Source: Mobula hypostoma (taxonomy: Eukaryota). From it: a stretch of 64,000 bases of DNA. The notes under the pieces were generated by a model. It ran no database searches, was not told the DNA's origin, and saw only the letters and a list, made by a program, of their open reading frames with translations. Both the position numbers and the translations under genes were made by a program. This document shows, in pieces, positions 39,046-51,959 of the stretch (position 1 is its first letter; each line of letters starts with the position of its first letter). The stretch is from positions 154,134,001 to 154,198,000 of the forward strand of contig NC_086097.1 in the NCBI RefSeq assembly GCF_963921235.1, given 5' to 3'.

Positions 39046-41029
39046 ATCATTTCCACGGATGCTGCCCGACCTGCTGAGTTCCTCCAGTGTGTTGTGAGTG
39101 TTGCTTTGACCCCAGCATCTGCAGATTATTTTGTGCTTGCCGTCTAGTTCATACACTTCTCTGTTTTAGAATTTGCTTTTCTACATGCACACTTCAAATG
39201 TTTCAGACCAGATATTGCTGAAAAAGCAGAATGGCCTTAGCACTTGGAGTGAATCTTGGGGAGCTCCACCTCAGAGCAATCTTGAAAGTCCATAGGAAGA
39301 AGGCAAGATAAACCAAAAGATCTTTGGTTATGTCATAGATTTGGATTTATTGCCAGCCATGCTTCAGGCCTTACTTTTTCAGGGTCAAAATACTGTTCTG
39401 AGTACCATACCACAGAAAAAAACCTTGGTTACCATCTGACTGCTGTACTGAGGGTGTGCTCACTTGGATATGATGCAAGTCCTGTCTGCCCTCTGAGATG
39501 AATGCAAAAGATTCATGGAAAACATCAAGGGTAAAAGTTGTTCCTTCCAATGCTCTAATCAATGTTTAGCCCTCAATCAACAACATTTAAGACAACTTAT
39601 TTAGTCATTTCCTACATTATAACAATGTCAGATGTATTTCATTAAATGTTATTAACTGTGATGAAAAGAGGTGGCAAAATGTGTTCTATAAATCCAAGTC
39701 TTTTCTTTCTGTTTGAAACCCTTGGGTTACAATGAAGGGTTGAGGGTGTGGAATTATATAGAGAAGCAAATGCACTAGGTTGATTTAAAGTTGGAGTTAA
39801 CATGATGAATCTTCACTACTTTGCGAATGCTGGTGCAATTCTTTGCTTTGATACTGTTATCACAGTTCAGTTGAGATAACATCCAAAAGGTGAACATTGT
39901 CAAATTGCAAACACCTCAGCTTAGCCTCTCTCTCACCCTTGAGGAAGAAAGCACAGAAACTGTGTCAGCTTCATAGAAATGCAATACAGAGTGAAAGCTT
40001 TACGTCCTGCAACCTTTATAATTCCCTTTAATGAAATAATGCCTGTGTTGTCAGAACAGTAACTCTCAGTTACACCTGGTAAAGCATTCAGGCTCAACAT
40101 TCTGCCAATCTAATATTGCTATCATAGTGACTAAAAAAATCGGGATGGAACTGCAATGGGCTCCTTGTAAAATCAGTGTTCTGTATGTAAAATAAAAGAT
40201 ATTTTACATATGGTTGTGACATCTAATGATAAACCAGTCACAATGCATACTCAACTCCAGTTACACTGACAAGATTTCTAATGTGAAAATGCTGCACCCA
40301 GTGAATTTGATTCACTTCAATGTCAATCATGTGCTGTAACAGGGGACATTTGGTGACAATCAATCACAGTCATAACTGCTCAGTGGAACTTATGAGCCAA
40401 TCTAAATACAATTTATTACTATTTTGAAAGTGTGGGTGTGTGTGGGGGGGTATCTGTGCCAATGATCTATTTATCATCACACATTTCAGAAGCTCGTTTG
40501 TGATGCCGGGAGGAAATCTCATCTCTGGCTGTGTGGCGAACTTCCTGCGCTGTGGTCTGGAACTTTGCCCGCAGCGCCTCTCAAGTAGCATTGAGGTTTG
40601 TGCGTTCATGAAATGTATAAACTCTTAAATGCCACATTATGGTTTTTCCCCTTTTTATAACTAAATTTAAAAAATGTGAATCAATGCAGAAGTTAATCCT
40701 TTATGAACCTACTAAACTAGTGCCAACCACATAGTGACCTTAGAACAGTACAGCACTGAAACAGGCCCTTAAGCCCATAATGTCTGTGCCAAGCATGATG
40801 CTGAATTAAACTAACTCTCCTCTGCCTGCATATGGTCCATATGACCCTTCTGAATTATCATCAACTTGATGGCATATTTACACGACTTTGAAAAAGAATA
40901 TTGTGCAATTGAAAACGTCTTTAAAAAAATTCTAGAACTTCTAGCATCGGCCAGCAAGTTTGGCCCCTATTTTCCACTAGGAATTTGATCTGCCCAAATA
41001 TGTTTTTTGGGTGATAAGAGATATGTCTT

Positions 41030-41480
41030 TACCAAAGGAGGTGTAGGACACTCCTTCTCTCTGCTAGCCTGCAGGTCACCATTGGGCAAGCTGTAGCACA
41101 ATGGTGACCCCCAACGAGGGTCACATGAAGCCTTGGGAGCTGTGGTGGATGGTTATATGAGCAGCTGGTACATATTGCAAGTCCTGGTCATGTGACTGGT
41201 GATGCCAGGCAGATAATCTCTGGAGAGTATTGATAATGGTTGGAGTCACCCAGTCTTGCAATGACACTGCCCAGAAGAAGGCAATAGCAAACCACTTCTG
41301 CAGCAAAATTTGCCAAGAACAATCATGTCATGGAGGGGAGGATACTGTAGGTGATGGCATTGTGAAGTGGGGTGGCTTTTCTCCATGGTCAACGATCCGT
41401 TGTTACTTTTCAGATTAAGGACAGCTGGAAGACCATGATTGCCCACGTCATATAACATGACACATAATGAAGATGATAAT
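41030..41480 (+). mobile_element. SINE-like element with RTE-type 3' end, second copy
   Basis: Colinear with 24661-25030; ends cacataatgaagatgat. Confidence 0.65.
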
Positions 41481-41660
41481 GTGCATTTTTTAGAATATAA
41501 CTCCATCAAAAGATGCCAGTGATAGTGCAGTGTTCAACATGCAGCTGCAGAAACCACACCCACATGAGAAAACCATGGTTTTTATTAGATCAGAGACGAC
41601 CCAGCTTTTACCAACCATCGCTTCTGCAAACTGGGCAAATTTCAAACAATATTTCTCTGT

Positions 41661-41868
41661 AATACACAGAAAATGCTGGAGGAACTCAGCAGGTCAGGCA
41701 GCATCTATGGAAAACAGTAAACAGTCGATGTTTCAGGCCAAGACCCTTCACTGGGTCAACATCACCTGTTCACTGTTTCCCATAGATGCATTCTGGCCCG
41801 CTGCATTCTTCCAGCATTTTGTGTGTATTATTTTGATTTCTAGCATCTGCAGATTTTCTCTTGTTTTT
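41661..41868 (+). mobile_element. Penelope-like terminal repeat fold-back hairpin (older)
   Basis: Inverted arms aatacaca.aaaatgctgga.. / ..tccagcattttgtgtgtatt; 13-bp TSD aatatttctctgt (41648-60, 41869-81). Confidence 0.85.
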
Positions 41869-42679
41869 AATATTTCTCTGTGCTCACTGAGATCTGTACT
41901 TTTCTGCTACCATCAAAGATGTCTGTATTGCTTTAATCAAGATCATAGTTACTTCCACCTTCCAAGCCTCAGGATGATTCCAAACTGCTGCTGCTGATTC
42001 CTAACACATCTCACTGATTGCTGTTCACTAGTGAAGCGGGGAGATCACCTAAACACCATTCACAAGGACAGGAAAATTCACTGATTTCTCCTTCTGCCCA
42101 CAGAAGGCAGAGTAGGCACAGGCATTTGTCCTTAATGCAAGCTTCCCTAAAGTACCAGTGTTCATAAGCAACACTCAAAATCTATAACTACTTTCAGGAA
42201 TCTACTGCAAGGAATAAAATGACCAACTCAGTATCTCCAACGTTTTTCTGTTTTACAAGGATCAACTTTATATGCCATATCATTTATATGCATTAGGAAT
42301 TTGCTGTAGTGTGTTGGTCAGGATACTGTATATGGGACCTGACTGCAGCTTTGAAGGACCCTCATAGTACTTTGTACATACATGCCACTGTACCAGCCTG
42401 CCTGGGTCCTTCTGACCACCAGCTCCCACCAACACCCTCCCCCCGGAAGCACTTCCTAGCACTGTCTGATAATTATAGCTTTTGTTCTTTCAGGAACATT
42501 ACTGTAGTACTCTCCAGTTGCTACAAATGTGCCCAGTCCCTTTAAGGTGAAACTGCCAATGTCACAGCTGCCAGGCTAGGAGCAGGGAGCTGCTAGATCG
42601 GACAATAAGTAACAATTAACTCACGCAGAAACGACAATGATGCAAGAACGTTGTTCTTAAAAACTTAGAACTGAGGACT

Positions 42680-44630
42680 AAAATTTCCATGAACCAGTTC
42701 TCCGAGGATCAGAGGTGAGAAGGTCAGAAACTTTAAATTCCTCACGGTTAATACTTTGGAGGATCTGTCCTGGGCCCAGCACGCAAGTGCAATTACAAAG
42801 AAAGCACAGTAACACCTCTACTTCCTTAGGAGTTGGCTAAGATTCAGCATGACATCTAAAACTTCAACAAACGTCTATAGATGTGCAGTGGAAAGTATAT
42901 TGATTGGCTGCATGACAGCCCAGTATAAAAACAACAACGCCCTTGAACGGAAGATCCAACAAAAAGTAGTGGATATGGCCCAGTTCATTAGTGGTAAAGC
43001 CCTACCTACCATTGAGCACATCTACACAAAACGTTGTCACAGTAAACAGCATCCATCATCAGGGACCCCCACCACACAGATCATGCTCCCTTCTTGCTGC
43101 TGCCATCAGGAAGGTGGTACAGGAGCGTCAGTACTCACACCACCAGGTTCAAGAATAGTTATTACCCCTCAACCATCAGGCTCTTGAACCAAAGGGGATA
43201 ACTTCACTCTACTTCATTTCATCATTGAAATGTTCCCACAACCTAAGGATAACGAGAATGAGGAATGGTGGGGGGGGGCATTACCGATAGTTTGAGAGGT
43301 GTAGGGGCAAGTGTAGCACATGTTCCACTTGCAAGGATAAGTACCAGGTAGAGACTTGAGGGGGGGGTGGGGGCGGAGGATGAATGGACAGGGGGATCTC
43401 ATAGGGAGCGATCACAGCAGAAAGCATAGAACTGGGGGGAAGGAAAGATGTGCTTGGTGTTGGGATTCCGCCAGAGATGGCGGAAGTTAAGAAGAATCGT
43501 GTGCTGGGATGTGGAGGCTGATGGGGTGGTAGGTGAGGGCAAGAGAAACCCTATCTCTGGTGGGGTTGCGGGAGGAGGGGGTGAGAGCAGACATGCACAA
43601 AATGGAAGAGATGCAGTTGAGGGCAGCATTGATGGTGGAGGAATGGAAGCCCTTTCTTTGAAGGGGGAAGACACCTCATTAGTTCTGGAATGAAGCCTCA
43701 TCCTGAGAGTGGGTACAGCGGAGATGGAGGAACTGAGAGAAGGGGATGGCATTTTTGCAAGTGACAGGGTGGGAAGAGGTATAATCCAGGTAGCTGTGAG
43801 AGTCAGTGGATAAGCTGTTTCCAGAGATGGAGACAGAGAGATAAGAAAGAAAAGAGAGGTGTTGTAATTGGTCAGGTAAATTTGAGGGCGGGGTGGAAGT
43901 TGGAGGCAAAGTTAACGAAGTCAACGAGCTCTGCATGGGTGCAGGATGCAGCACCAATGCAGTCGTCAATGAAGCGTAGCAAAAGTTTGGGGAGTGATAC
44001 CAGTGTAAGATTGAAACACAGACTATTCCATGTAGCTGACAAAAATGCTGGCATAGCTTGGACCCATGTGAGCACCCATGGCTACACCCTTCTTTTGAAG
44101 GAAGTGGGAGGAGCTGAAGAAGAAATTATTGAGAGTGAGGACCAGTTCCACCAGACAGAGGAGAGTGGTAATAGAGGGGAACTGGTTGGGTCCGGTGTCC
44201 AGAAAGAAACGGAAGACATCAAAAGCTCTTCTGGTGGGGCATGGAGGTGTATAGGGACTGGACATCCATAGTGAAAATAAGATAATCAGAACCAGGGAAC
44301 TTGGATTAATTGAAAAGATCAAAAGCATGTGAAGTGTCACAGATGTAGGTAGGAAGGCCTTAAAAAATATCACTTTTAAGGACTCTTTATCTCATGTTCT
44401 CCATAGTTATTGCTTTTTTATTAGTATTATTTTTTTTTCTTTTTGTAATTACACAGTTTGTTCCTTTTGCACACTGGTTGAATGTCCAAATTAGTGCAGA
44501 CTTTCATTGATTCTATTATGCTGATTACTCTATTATGGATTTATTGTGTATGCCTGCAAGAAAATGAATCTCAGGGTTATATCTGGTGACATATATGTAC
44601 TTTGATAAGACATTTACTTTGAACTTACTT
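42680..44630 (+). mobile_element. Rex1/Babar-like LINE 3' part, split by a PLE insertion at ~43250-44365
   Basis: ORF 42849-43187 YRCAVESILIGC.TA; the 3' UTR resumes at tcacttttaaggactc and ends tactttgataa..tttgaactt. Confidence 0.75.
43250..44365 (-). mobile_element. Degraded Neptune-type Penelope-like element (RT and Cys linker; endonuclease deleted)
   Basis: GVAMGAHMGPSYA, LRFIDDCIG, IPFSQFL and PGTYPCK..MCYTCPYT motifs in fragmented ORFs. Confidence 0.88.
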
Positions 44631-45096
44631 TGTATAAAAAATGCAAAAATCTTTTCATTTTCACTAAGGTATAGCAAAGCAAGTTCTATATCTGTCTTTC
44701 TGAAACAAATACTTTCTGCTGATGGCAGAATGCATCTTCAAAATGCATTCAATCTTTATATCATCCTAAGGGAGATCTGCAGTACCGTCACTTTTCTGAA
44801 GTTCAATGAAAAAAAAAGACTGGAAAGCAGAGTTTAATTTTATAGACTAAATTACTAAGTAATGGATTCTGCCTTTGGGTTGCTGAACAGCAATGAGATC
44901 CCCTGTAAATGTCACCTTGGTAAGCAATTCTGCACCATTATTCTCAAGCTGTTCAAGCGGTCAACAAAGTGAATCGTCTTTCTTTGCAGTGCGGTGGCGG
45001 ATCCTCAACTTTTTATAATTTATATGATGGCAACAAAACAGCACTGAAGTTATGATAGCTAAAGCTGTTGATGACATAAAGATAGGTAGGAAAGTA

Positions 45097-45309
45097 CAAC
45101 GTACACATGGCAAATTCTGCAGGTGCTGGAGATACAAATTCAACATACACAAAATGCTGGAGGAACTCAGGTCAGACAGCATCGATAGAAATGAATAAAC
45201 AGTCGACGTTTTGGCCTAAAAAAGGATCTCCACCCGAAACATCGACTGTTTATTCATTTCCATCGATGCTGCCTGCCCTGAGTACCTCCAGTATTTTGTG
45301 TGTGTTGTT
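45097..45309 (-). mobile_element. Penelope-like terminal repeat fold-back hairpin inserted in a CR1 RT relic
   Basis: 14-bp TSD taggtaggaaagta (45083-96, 45310-23); inverted arms caaca.acacaaaat.ctggagg / cctccag.attttgtgtgtgttg. Confidence 0.85.
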
Positions 45310-45439
45310 TAGGTAGGAAAGTAAGTTGTGAAGAGGACATAAACAGTCTAGAAAGGGATATGGATAGCATAAGTCAGTGGTTAAAGTTCTGGCCAGCGTA
45401 GTATAATGTTGGAAAATGTGAAACTCCAACTTGACAGGT

Positions 45440-45624
45440 TGTTCTTGTTCCTCTCTGAGCCTTGTGGTGCATCAGGTAGGTAACCTTGCCTTTTCTTCAG
45501 CATTTGTCTGTTTCTTATGAGGCCGAGATGCTAGCTCGGCACTCAAGCCAGTTGCCAGATTGATTCAAACCCAGGACCATTCACCTCAAAGACCAGTGCA
45601 GATGCCACTACACCACCAGCTGGC
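45440..45624 (-). mobile_element. Short tRNA-derived SINE
   Basis: Minus-strand head gccagctggTGGTGTAGTGG (A box)...GGTTTGAATC (B box-like); flanking direct repeat ttgacaggt (45431-39, 45629-37). Confidence 0.65.
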
Positions 45625-45754
45625 AATTTTGACAGGTAAATTAACAAAAAAAGTTTCTAAATGATGAGAGATTGCACAGCACCAAAATGCAAAGGAATAT
45701 GTACATTCTGGTATCTGATTTGCAATAAAACTAGTTTGCCAATCTGGAAAGTAA

Positions 45755-46536
45755 CACTGGATAACAAAAATTTTGCTTCATGAATACTTTTGGGTGTGTC
45801 ATGGATTTTGGGTTGCTGATCATGAAAATCACCATGAAATTTTCCTATCACACACCATTTTTTTGAAATCTCCTGTATTTGATATTTTAGTTCATAATTC
45901 AAGTCAGAATAACTGATGCTAAGATTAAGAAAGGCAGTTTAGGTGGTCTTAAAAAATCACCAATGACGGGTAATTTGGAGAACTTCTAGTGGGTCCGGAG
46001 AAAATTGCACAGAAGGCATTCAAAGATGCTGTTGAAAATTTTTTTGCAACTATAGAGTACCAAGCTATGTGTAACTAACAACACATCCTTCAAGCATCCT
46101 TTAAAACCATGAAGTGCAACACGTCACTACAGATTAATTCTCTGCATTCCCATCTAGACTGCTTCCCTGCAAGTCTTCGCACTGTCAGTGATGAGCATGG
46201 TGAAAGGTTTCACCAGGACGCTGCAGTCATGGAGAAATGATATCAGGGCATCTGGAATCCATTAATGCTGCCTGGTTATTGTTGGACACTTAAGTCAGAA
46301 GCCTCAGACACTGAGTACAAATGAAAATCATCAACAGAACCTTTTTTAGCTTAGTTGAACTATTCTAAAGCATCAGCACCATTATGCAATTAAAAGTATT
46401 ATATTTAATAGAAGTCAATTTCTTGTTTCCTTATATTCCCACATGATATGCGATTTGTGTTCAGCTTCAAATGTTCCACCACAAACAAAAACAGAATCTG
46501 AGGTACAATACTTTCAAAAAAATTTGTTGTCCAGTG
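45755..46536 (+). mobile_element. Chapaev3-like (CMC superfamily) internally deleted DNA transposon
   Basis: TIRs cactggataacaaa.attt / aaatttgttgtccagtg; 3-bp TSD taa (45752-54, 46537-39); transposase remnant SLHSHLDCFPASL.TVSDEHGERFHQD...YCWTL at ~46120-46295. Confidence 0.75.
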
Positions 46537-47119
46537 TAATTAGAAAAGTTAACAGAATGTTATTTCATATAGCTGGGGGAAATGAACACAGAAGTAGGAA
46601 GGTTATGCATTGATAACATCATATATGAAGTGTTGTGAAGAGCATTGCTTTTATATTTTCGGAATGATGTTAATGTGTTGAAGCAGTTTAGGGAACATTA
46701 ACCACACTAATAGGTGCATTGTTTAATGAGGAATGATTAGATATGCTAGACTTTAATCAACTGGAACTTTAAGAAGTATGAGGTTAATTGATAGAAACAT
46801 AATATCCTGAGATGGCCCAGTGAATGAGAAATTTTATTGTAGAAGAACCCAGCAGCCATTGTTTAAAATGACGGCCAACCATCTCTCTATATGCTTGCAA
46901 CTTTTCCTTAATGTGTCTTCCCTGACATGAATACTACTCCTCAAACGGCCACCCACAATGTTTGCATCTCGTGTATGGTCAACTGTCTGCAGGAGTGCCT
47001 TCTGTAATTTTCATTCATTTAAAAGTGGTTCATGTTGTGAGCTACTATTGCATAAGCAGCCATTCAAAGCACTTGTAAGCAACAAAACAATTCTTTTTCA
47101 TGCAAGTCTAGTAATTGAG

Positions 47120-50100
47120 ACTTTAAGACAATAAGACAAAGGAGCAGAATTAGCTCACTTGGCCTATCAAATCTGCTCCACCATTCCATCATGGCTGATT
47201 TATTAAGCCACTGAATCCCATTCTCCTGCCTTTTCTCCATAACCTTTGACACCCTGATTAATCAAGTAGTCATTAACCCCTGCCTTAAATATATCCAGTG
47301 ACTTGGCCTGCATAACTGTCGGTGCCAATAAATTCCACAGATTCACCATCCTCCGGCTAAAGAAACTTTTCTTCATCTCTGTTCTAAGTAAACACCCCTC
47401 AATTCTGAGACTGAGCCATCTGGTCCTAGACTCTCCCATTATATAAAAAAAATCCCTCTCCACATCCATTTTATCTAGGCCTTTCAATATTCAATAGGTT
47501 GTAATGAGATCCCCTCGCATTCTTTTAAACTCAAGCCCAGAGACAACAAATGCTAACCCTTTCATTCCTGGGATCACTCTCATGAATCTCCTCTGACCAG
47601 TCCCCAAAGCCAGCACATCTTTTCTCAGATAAGGGCCTCAGCACTATACCCTTGTTTTTGTATTCTAGTTCTCTCAAAATGAATGCTAACATCGCATTTG
47701 CCTTCCTTACCATCGACTGAACTCCCAAGTTTCTCTACACCTGATTTTTCCCCCCATTTAGAAAACAGTTTATGCCTTTATTCCTTGTGTCAAAGTTCAT
47801 GATCATGCACTTCCCTATATTACGTTCCATCTGCCGTTGCTTTGCCCATTCTCCCAAATTGGCAGCCTGCTTCCTCAATACTACCTGCCTTTCCACTTAC
47901 CTTCGTATCTTCCGCAAACTTGGCCACAAAGCCATCAATTGACAAACACGTGAAAAGAAGCAGTCCCGACACTAATCCCTTTGCAATACCACTAGTCACA
48001 GGCAGTCAGCCTGAAAAAGCACCCTTTATTCCCACACTTTGCCTCCTGCCAGTCAGCCAATCCTCTATCCATGTCAGTATCTTTACTGCAATGCCATGGG
48101 CTCTTATCTTGTCAAGCAGCCTTAGGAGTGGCACCTAGTCAAAAGCCTTCTGAAAATCCAAATCAAAAACATCCACTAACTCTATCCTGCCTGTAATTTC
48201 CTCAAAGGATTCCAACAAGTTTGTCAGTCAAGAATTCTCCCTTAGAAAACCATGCTGACTTTAGCTCATTTTATCATGTGCCTCCAAGTACCTCGAAACT
48301 TTATGCTTAATAATACACTCCAACCACTTTTCAACCTGAAGTCAGGCTAACTAGCTTATAATTTCCTTTCCTCTGCCTCTCTCCCTTCTTGGATAATGGA
48401 GTGACATTTGCAATTTTCCAGTTCTCCGGATCCATTCAAGAATCTAGTGATTCTTGAAAGATCATTATTAATGTCTCCACAATCTCTTCAGCTACCTCTT
48501 TCAGAAGCCTGGAAGTCCATCTGGTCCAGGTGAATTAGTTACAGTCATGCTTTTCAGCTTCCTAATCACCTTCTCCTTACTAATAGCAATGACAGTTGTG
48601 TCAACACTATGCCTCTCTCATAGTTCAGGTTTTCTGCTAGTGTCTTCCACAGTGAAGATTGATGCAAAATACTATTAAGTTTCAACGTCATTTCTTTGTT
48701 CCCATTATTACCTCTCCAGCATCATTTTGAGCAGTCTGATATCTACTCTTGTCTCTCATTTACTCTTTATATATCTGAAAACCCCTTTTTGTATCCTCTT
48801 TTAAATTATTGGTTAGTTTACCTTCCTTCATATTTAATCCTTTCTCTCTTCATGGCTTTTTTAGTTGTCTTCTCTTGGTTTTTAATAGTTTTCCCAATCC
48901 TCTACCTTCCCACTAATTTTTACTTTACTATATGCCCTCATTTTTGCTTTTATGCTTTAACTTTCCTCGTCAGCCACGGTTGCTTCATCTTGCCTTTAGG
49001 ATACTTCTTTAGGATGAATCTATCCTGTGCCTTCCGAATTGCTCCCAGGAACTCCAGCCATTGTTGTTTTGCCATCATCCCTGCTAGTGTCCCCTTCCAA
49101 TCAATTTTGGCCAACTCCTCTGTAATTTCTCCACTGTAATACTGATCCATCCAATTTTAGCTTCTCCTTCTCAACTGCAGGGTGAATTCTATCATATTAT
49201 GATCATTACCTCCAAAGGGTTCCTTTACCTTAAGCTTCAGAATCAAATCAGAGTCATTATATAACATCCAATCCAGATTTGCCATTCCTCTAGTGGGCTC
49301 AACCATAAACTGCTCTAAAAAGCCATCTTGTATGCAATTTAGAAATTCCCTTTCTTATGATTCAGCACTAACAGGATTTTTCCAGTCTTCCTGCATATTG
49401 AAATACCCAATGATTATCACAACAATGCTCTTTTTACATGCCTTTTCTGTCTTCAGTTATAATTATAGCTGCCATCCTGGCTACTGTTCAGAGGCCTGTA
49501 TACAACTTCCATCAGGGTCATTTTACCCTTACAGTTTCTAAACTCTACAAGGATCCTAAACCTTCGGATCCTATGTCAACCCTAAGGATTTGATTTCATT
49601 TTTTTACTAATAGAGCCACCTCACTCTTTCCGCCCACCTGCGTGTCGTTTCGATACAATGTGTATCCTTGGATGTTAAGCTCCCAACTATGATCTTCCTT
49701 CAGCAATGAATCAGTGATGCCCACAACATTGTACCTGCCAATCTTTAACTGCGCTACAAGACCATCTACCTTATTCCATATACTGTGTGAATTCAAGTAG
49801 ACCAACTTCAGTCCTGTATTCATCAGCCTTTGTGATTCTGGCCCCCTGCTACACTTTAACTCATCCCACGGACTGCAATTTTGCCCTAACATCTGCCTGT
49901 CCTTCCTCACAGTCTGACTACACATTGCGTCTACTTGAATACATGATCAGCTTTATGACTCCAGTTCACATTCCTCTACCAAATTAGTTTAAACACCCCC
50001 CCACCGCCTCCAAACAGCTCGAGAATACATGTAGGATATTTGTCCCCAGCAGGTTCAAGTGTAACCCATCTCTTTTATACAGGTCATACCTTCCCTGGAA

Positions 50101-50900
50101 GAGATCTCAATGATTCAGAAATCTGAAACTCTGACCCCTGCACCAATTCTTCAGCCATGCATTCATTTGCCAAATCATCCTATTCTTACCTTCACTGGCA
50201 CGTGGCACAGTTAGAAAACCAGAGATTACCATCCTGGAGGTCCTGCTTCTTAGCTTTCTGACTAACTCCTTACACTTTCTCTTCAAAACCTTTTCCCTTT
50301 TCCTACCTATGTCATTTGTGCCAATATGCACCAAGACGTCAGGCTGCTCACCCTCCGCCTTTAGAATGCCGCCGACCTGATCTGAGATGGCCCTGACACT
50401 TGCACTTGGGAAGCAACATAACATCCGGGCATCCCTATCATGTCCAGATTATCTCTTGTCTACTCCTCTATCTATAGAATCCCCTATCATAAATGCAGTC
50501 CTCTTCTTCCCAAATCCACCCCCCCCCCACCCCTTTGAGCCACAGAGCCAGACTCAGTGCCAGAGACTTGATCACTGCGGCTTCTCCCTGGTAGGTCATC
50601 CACTTCAACAGTTTCCAAAGCGGTAATCTTATCATTGAGGGCAATGGCCAAAGGGGTACTCTGCACTAGCTGCCTACACCCTTTCCCTCTCCCTCCCCTG
50701 ACAGTTACTCAGGGACTGACCTCCTGCAATTTAGGGCTGACTATCTCCCGGTAGCTCCTATCTATTATCTCCTCATACCCCCATATGAGCCAAGGGTTGC
50801 CAAGTTGCAGCTCCAGTTTCTTATCATGGTCTCTAAGGAGCTGTAACTTGATTCACGTGTAGTTAACAGGGAGACCGGAGATCTCCCAAATCTCACACAA
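47120..50900 (-). mobile_element. Near full-span but degraded CR1 LINE (ORF1 esterase, endonuclease, RT, 3' UTR)
   Basis: ORF 50107-50424 CCFPSA.V..QPDVLVHIGTNDIG (SGNH esterase); 49596-49925 YLN..SI.NK.D.L...VGIT..L (APE endonuclease); RT and 3' motifs at 47203-48300. Confidence 0.88.
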
Positions 50901-51959
50901 TAACATACTACTGCCTCCGGATCCATTCTCAGTGCACTAGCTACGTGGGTAAGAACAGGGGGAAAAAAAACTTATGAGAACCTTTCTTTCTTACTTAGAA
51001 CCTCTGCTTCTGCTTGCCCAAGCCTGTTCTCGTCTAAGCCTGCTGAGTCAAAGCTGGCCCACTCTAACACTGGCTCATTTACACAATGGCCACTCCAGCA
51101 ATGACAACTTCGCTTACACTTCCTTTTGTTTTATTGACCTTGTGCAGATTTCAGCCTGATGAAAGAAAGCTGAAATCTCTCAAGCTCTTTTTAAACTTGG
51201 GGCTGCATCACCAATGAACAACCTCTTGTGCTGATTTCAGTCCATAGATTGTGTCCATTTAGATGTCTACCTAATAGGTTAAACATTATTGTATTCTAAC
51301 TCAGCTGTGCAGCTGTCTGATGTGGGTACTTGTTGTTTATTAAATGCTTGTGCAAAGGTCAATATAAAGACAGTCTTAGCTTAGTTGATTAATAACAGGT
51401 CATATACTTTAGCTATTGTTATCTGAGCTTAGGCAGCAGTGGGGACCTACAAATAACTAAAGTGATAGATGAGGAATTAAAAACCTAACTAGGATTTTTG
51501 CAGTAACACGCTGTTCACTCTCCCTGGCTGGATATGCTCAAGTATATTATCTGTAAGTAAGTGTGGGAATGAAAAGGAATCAGTCCACAGATCAAGCTGA
51601 GGGTGTATTGAGCTTCTGTCATGACTTTTGCTCTATGCTTGAAAGATATGGACAGTATACAGCTGATATTCCAGACAGCTCAACCACTTCCATGTGACCT
51701 GTCTGCATACAGCACATCAACTTAGGAGGCAAGACAAGATTTCAGGAACACAGATTCTATGCCAGACAAACCCTTCCCCCCCGCCCCCGCCAGCATTGCT
51801 AGAAGACCAGGTGGGCAGGATGTGTCAGGAGATTGTCTGAAAGAACGCTAAAGCAGGAATTCCATGGAGAACTGATCATGTGATGGATTCATAGATTATT
51901 GTAGAACCTCCTTGAGGGACGTTAACGTTGACACATACCCTGAGTCACCTTGACACAGT

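Larger units (their letters stand above)
38571..39137 (+). mobile_element. Penelope-like terminal repeat inserted as a long fold-back (~245-bp arms)
   Basis: Inverted arms ~38570-38813 / ~38864-39108 with few mismatches; TSD tgcc(c/g)tctagttca (38557-70, 39138-51). Confidence 0.9.

Noticed and set aside
40370..40620. GC-richer patch whose ORF contains PGITNELLK, like the non-LTR RT motif PGPDGITNELLK
   Set aside because: It is a single short motif with no other RT motifs nearby; at most a very old LINE scrap, and it cannot be supported.
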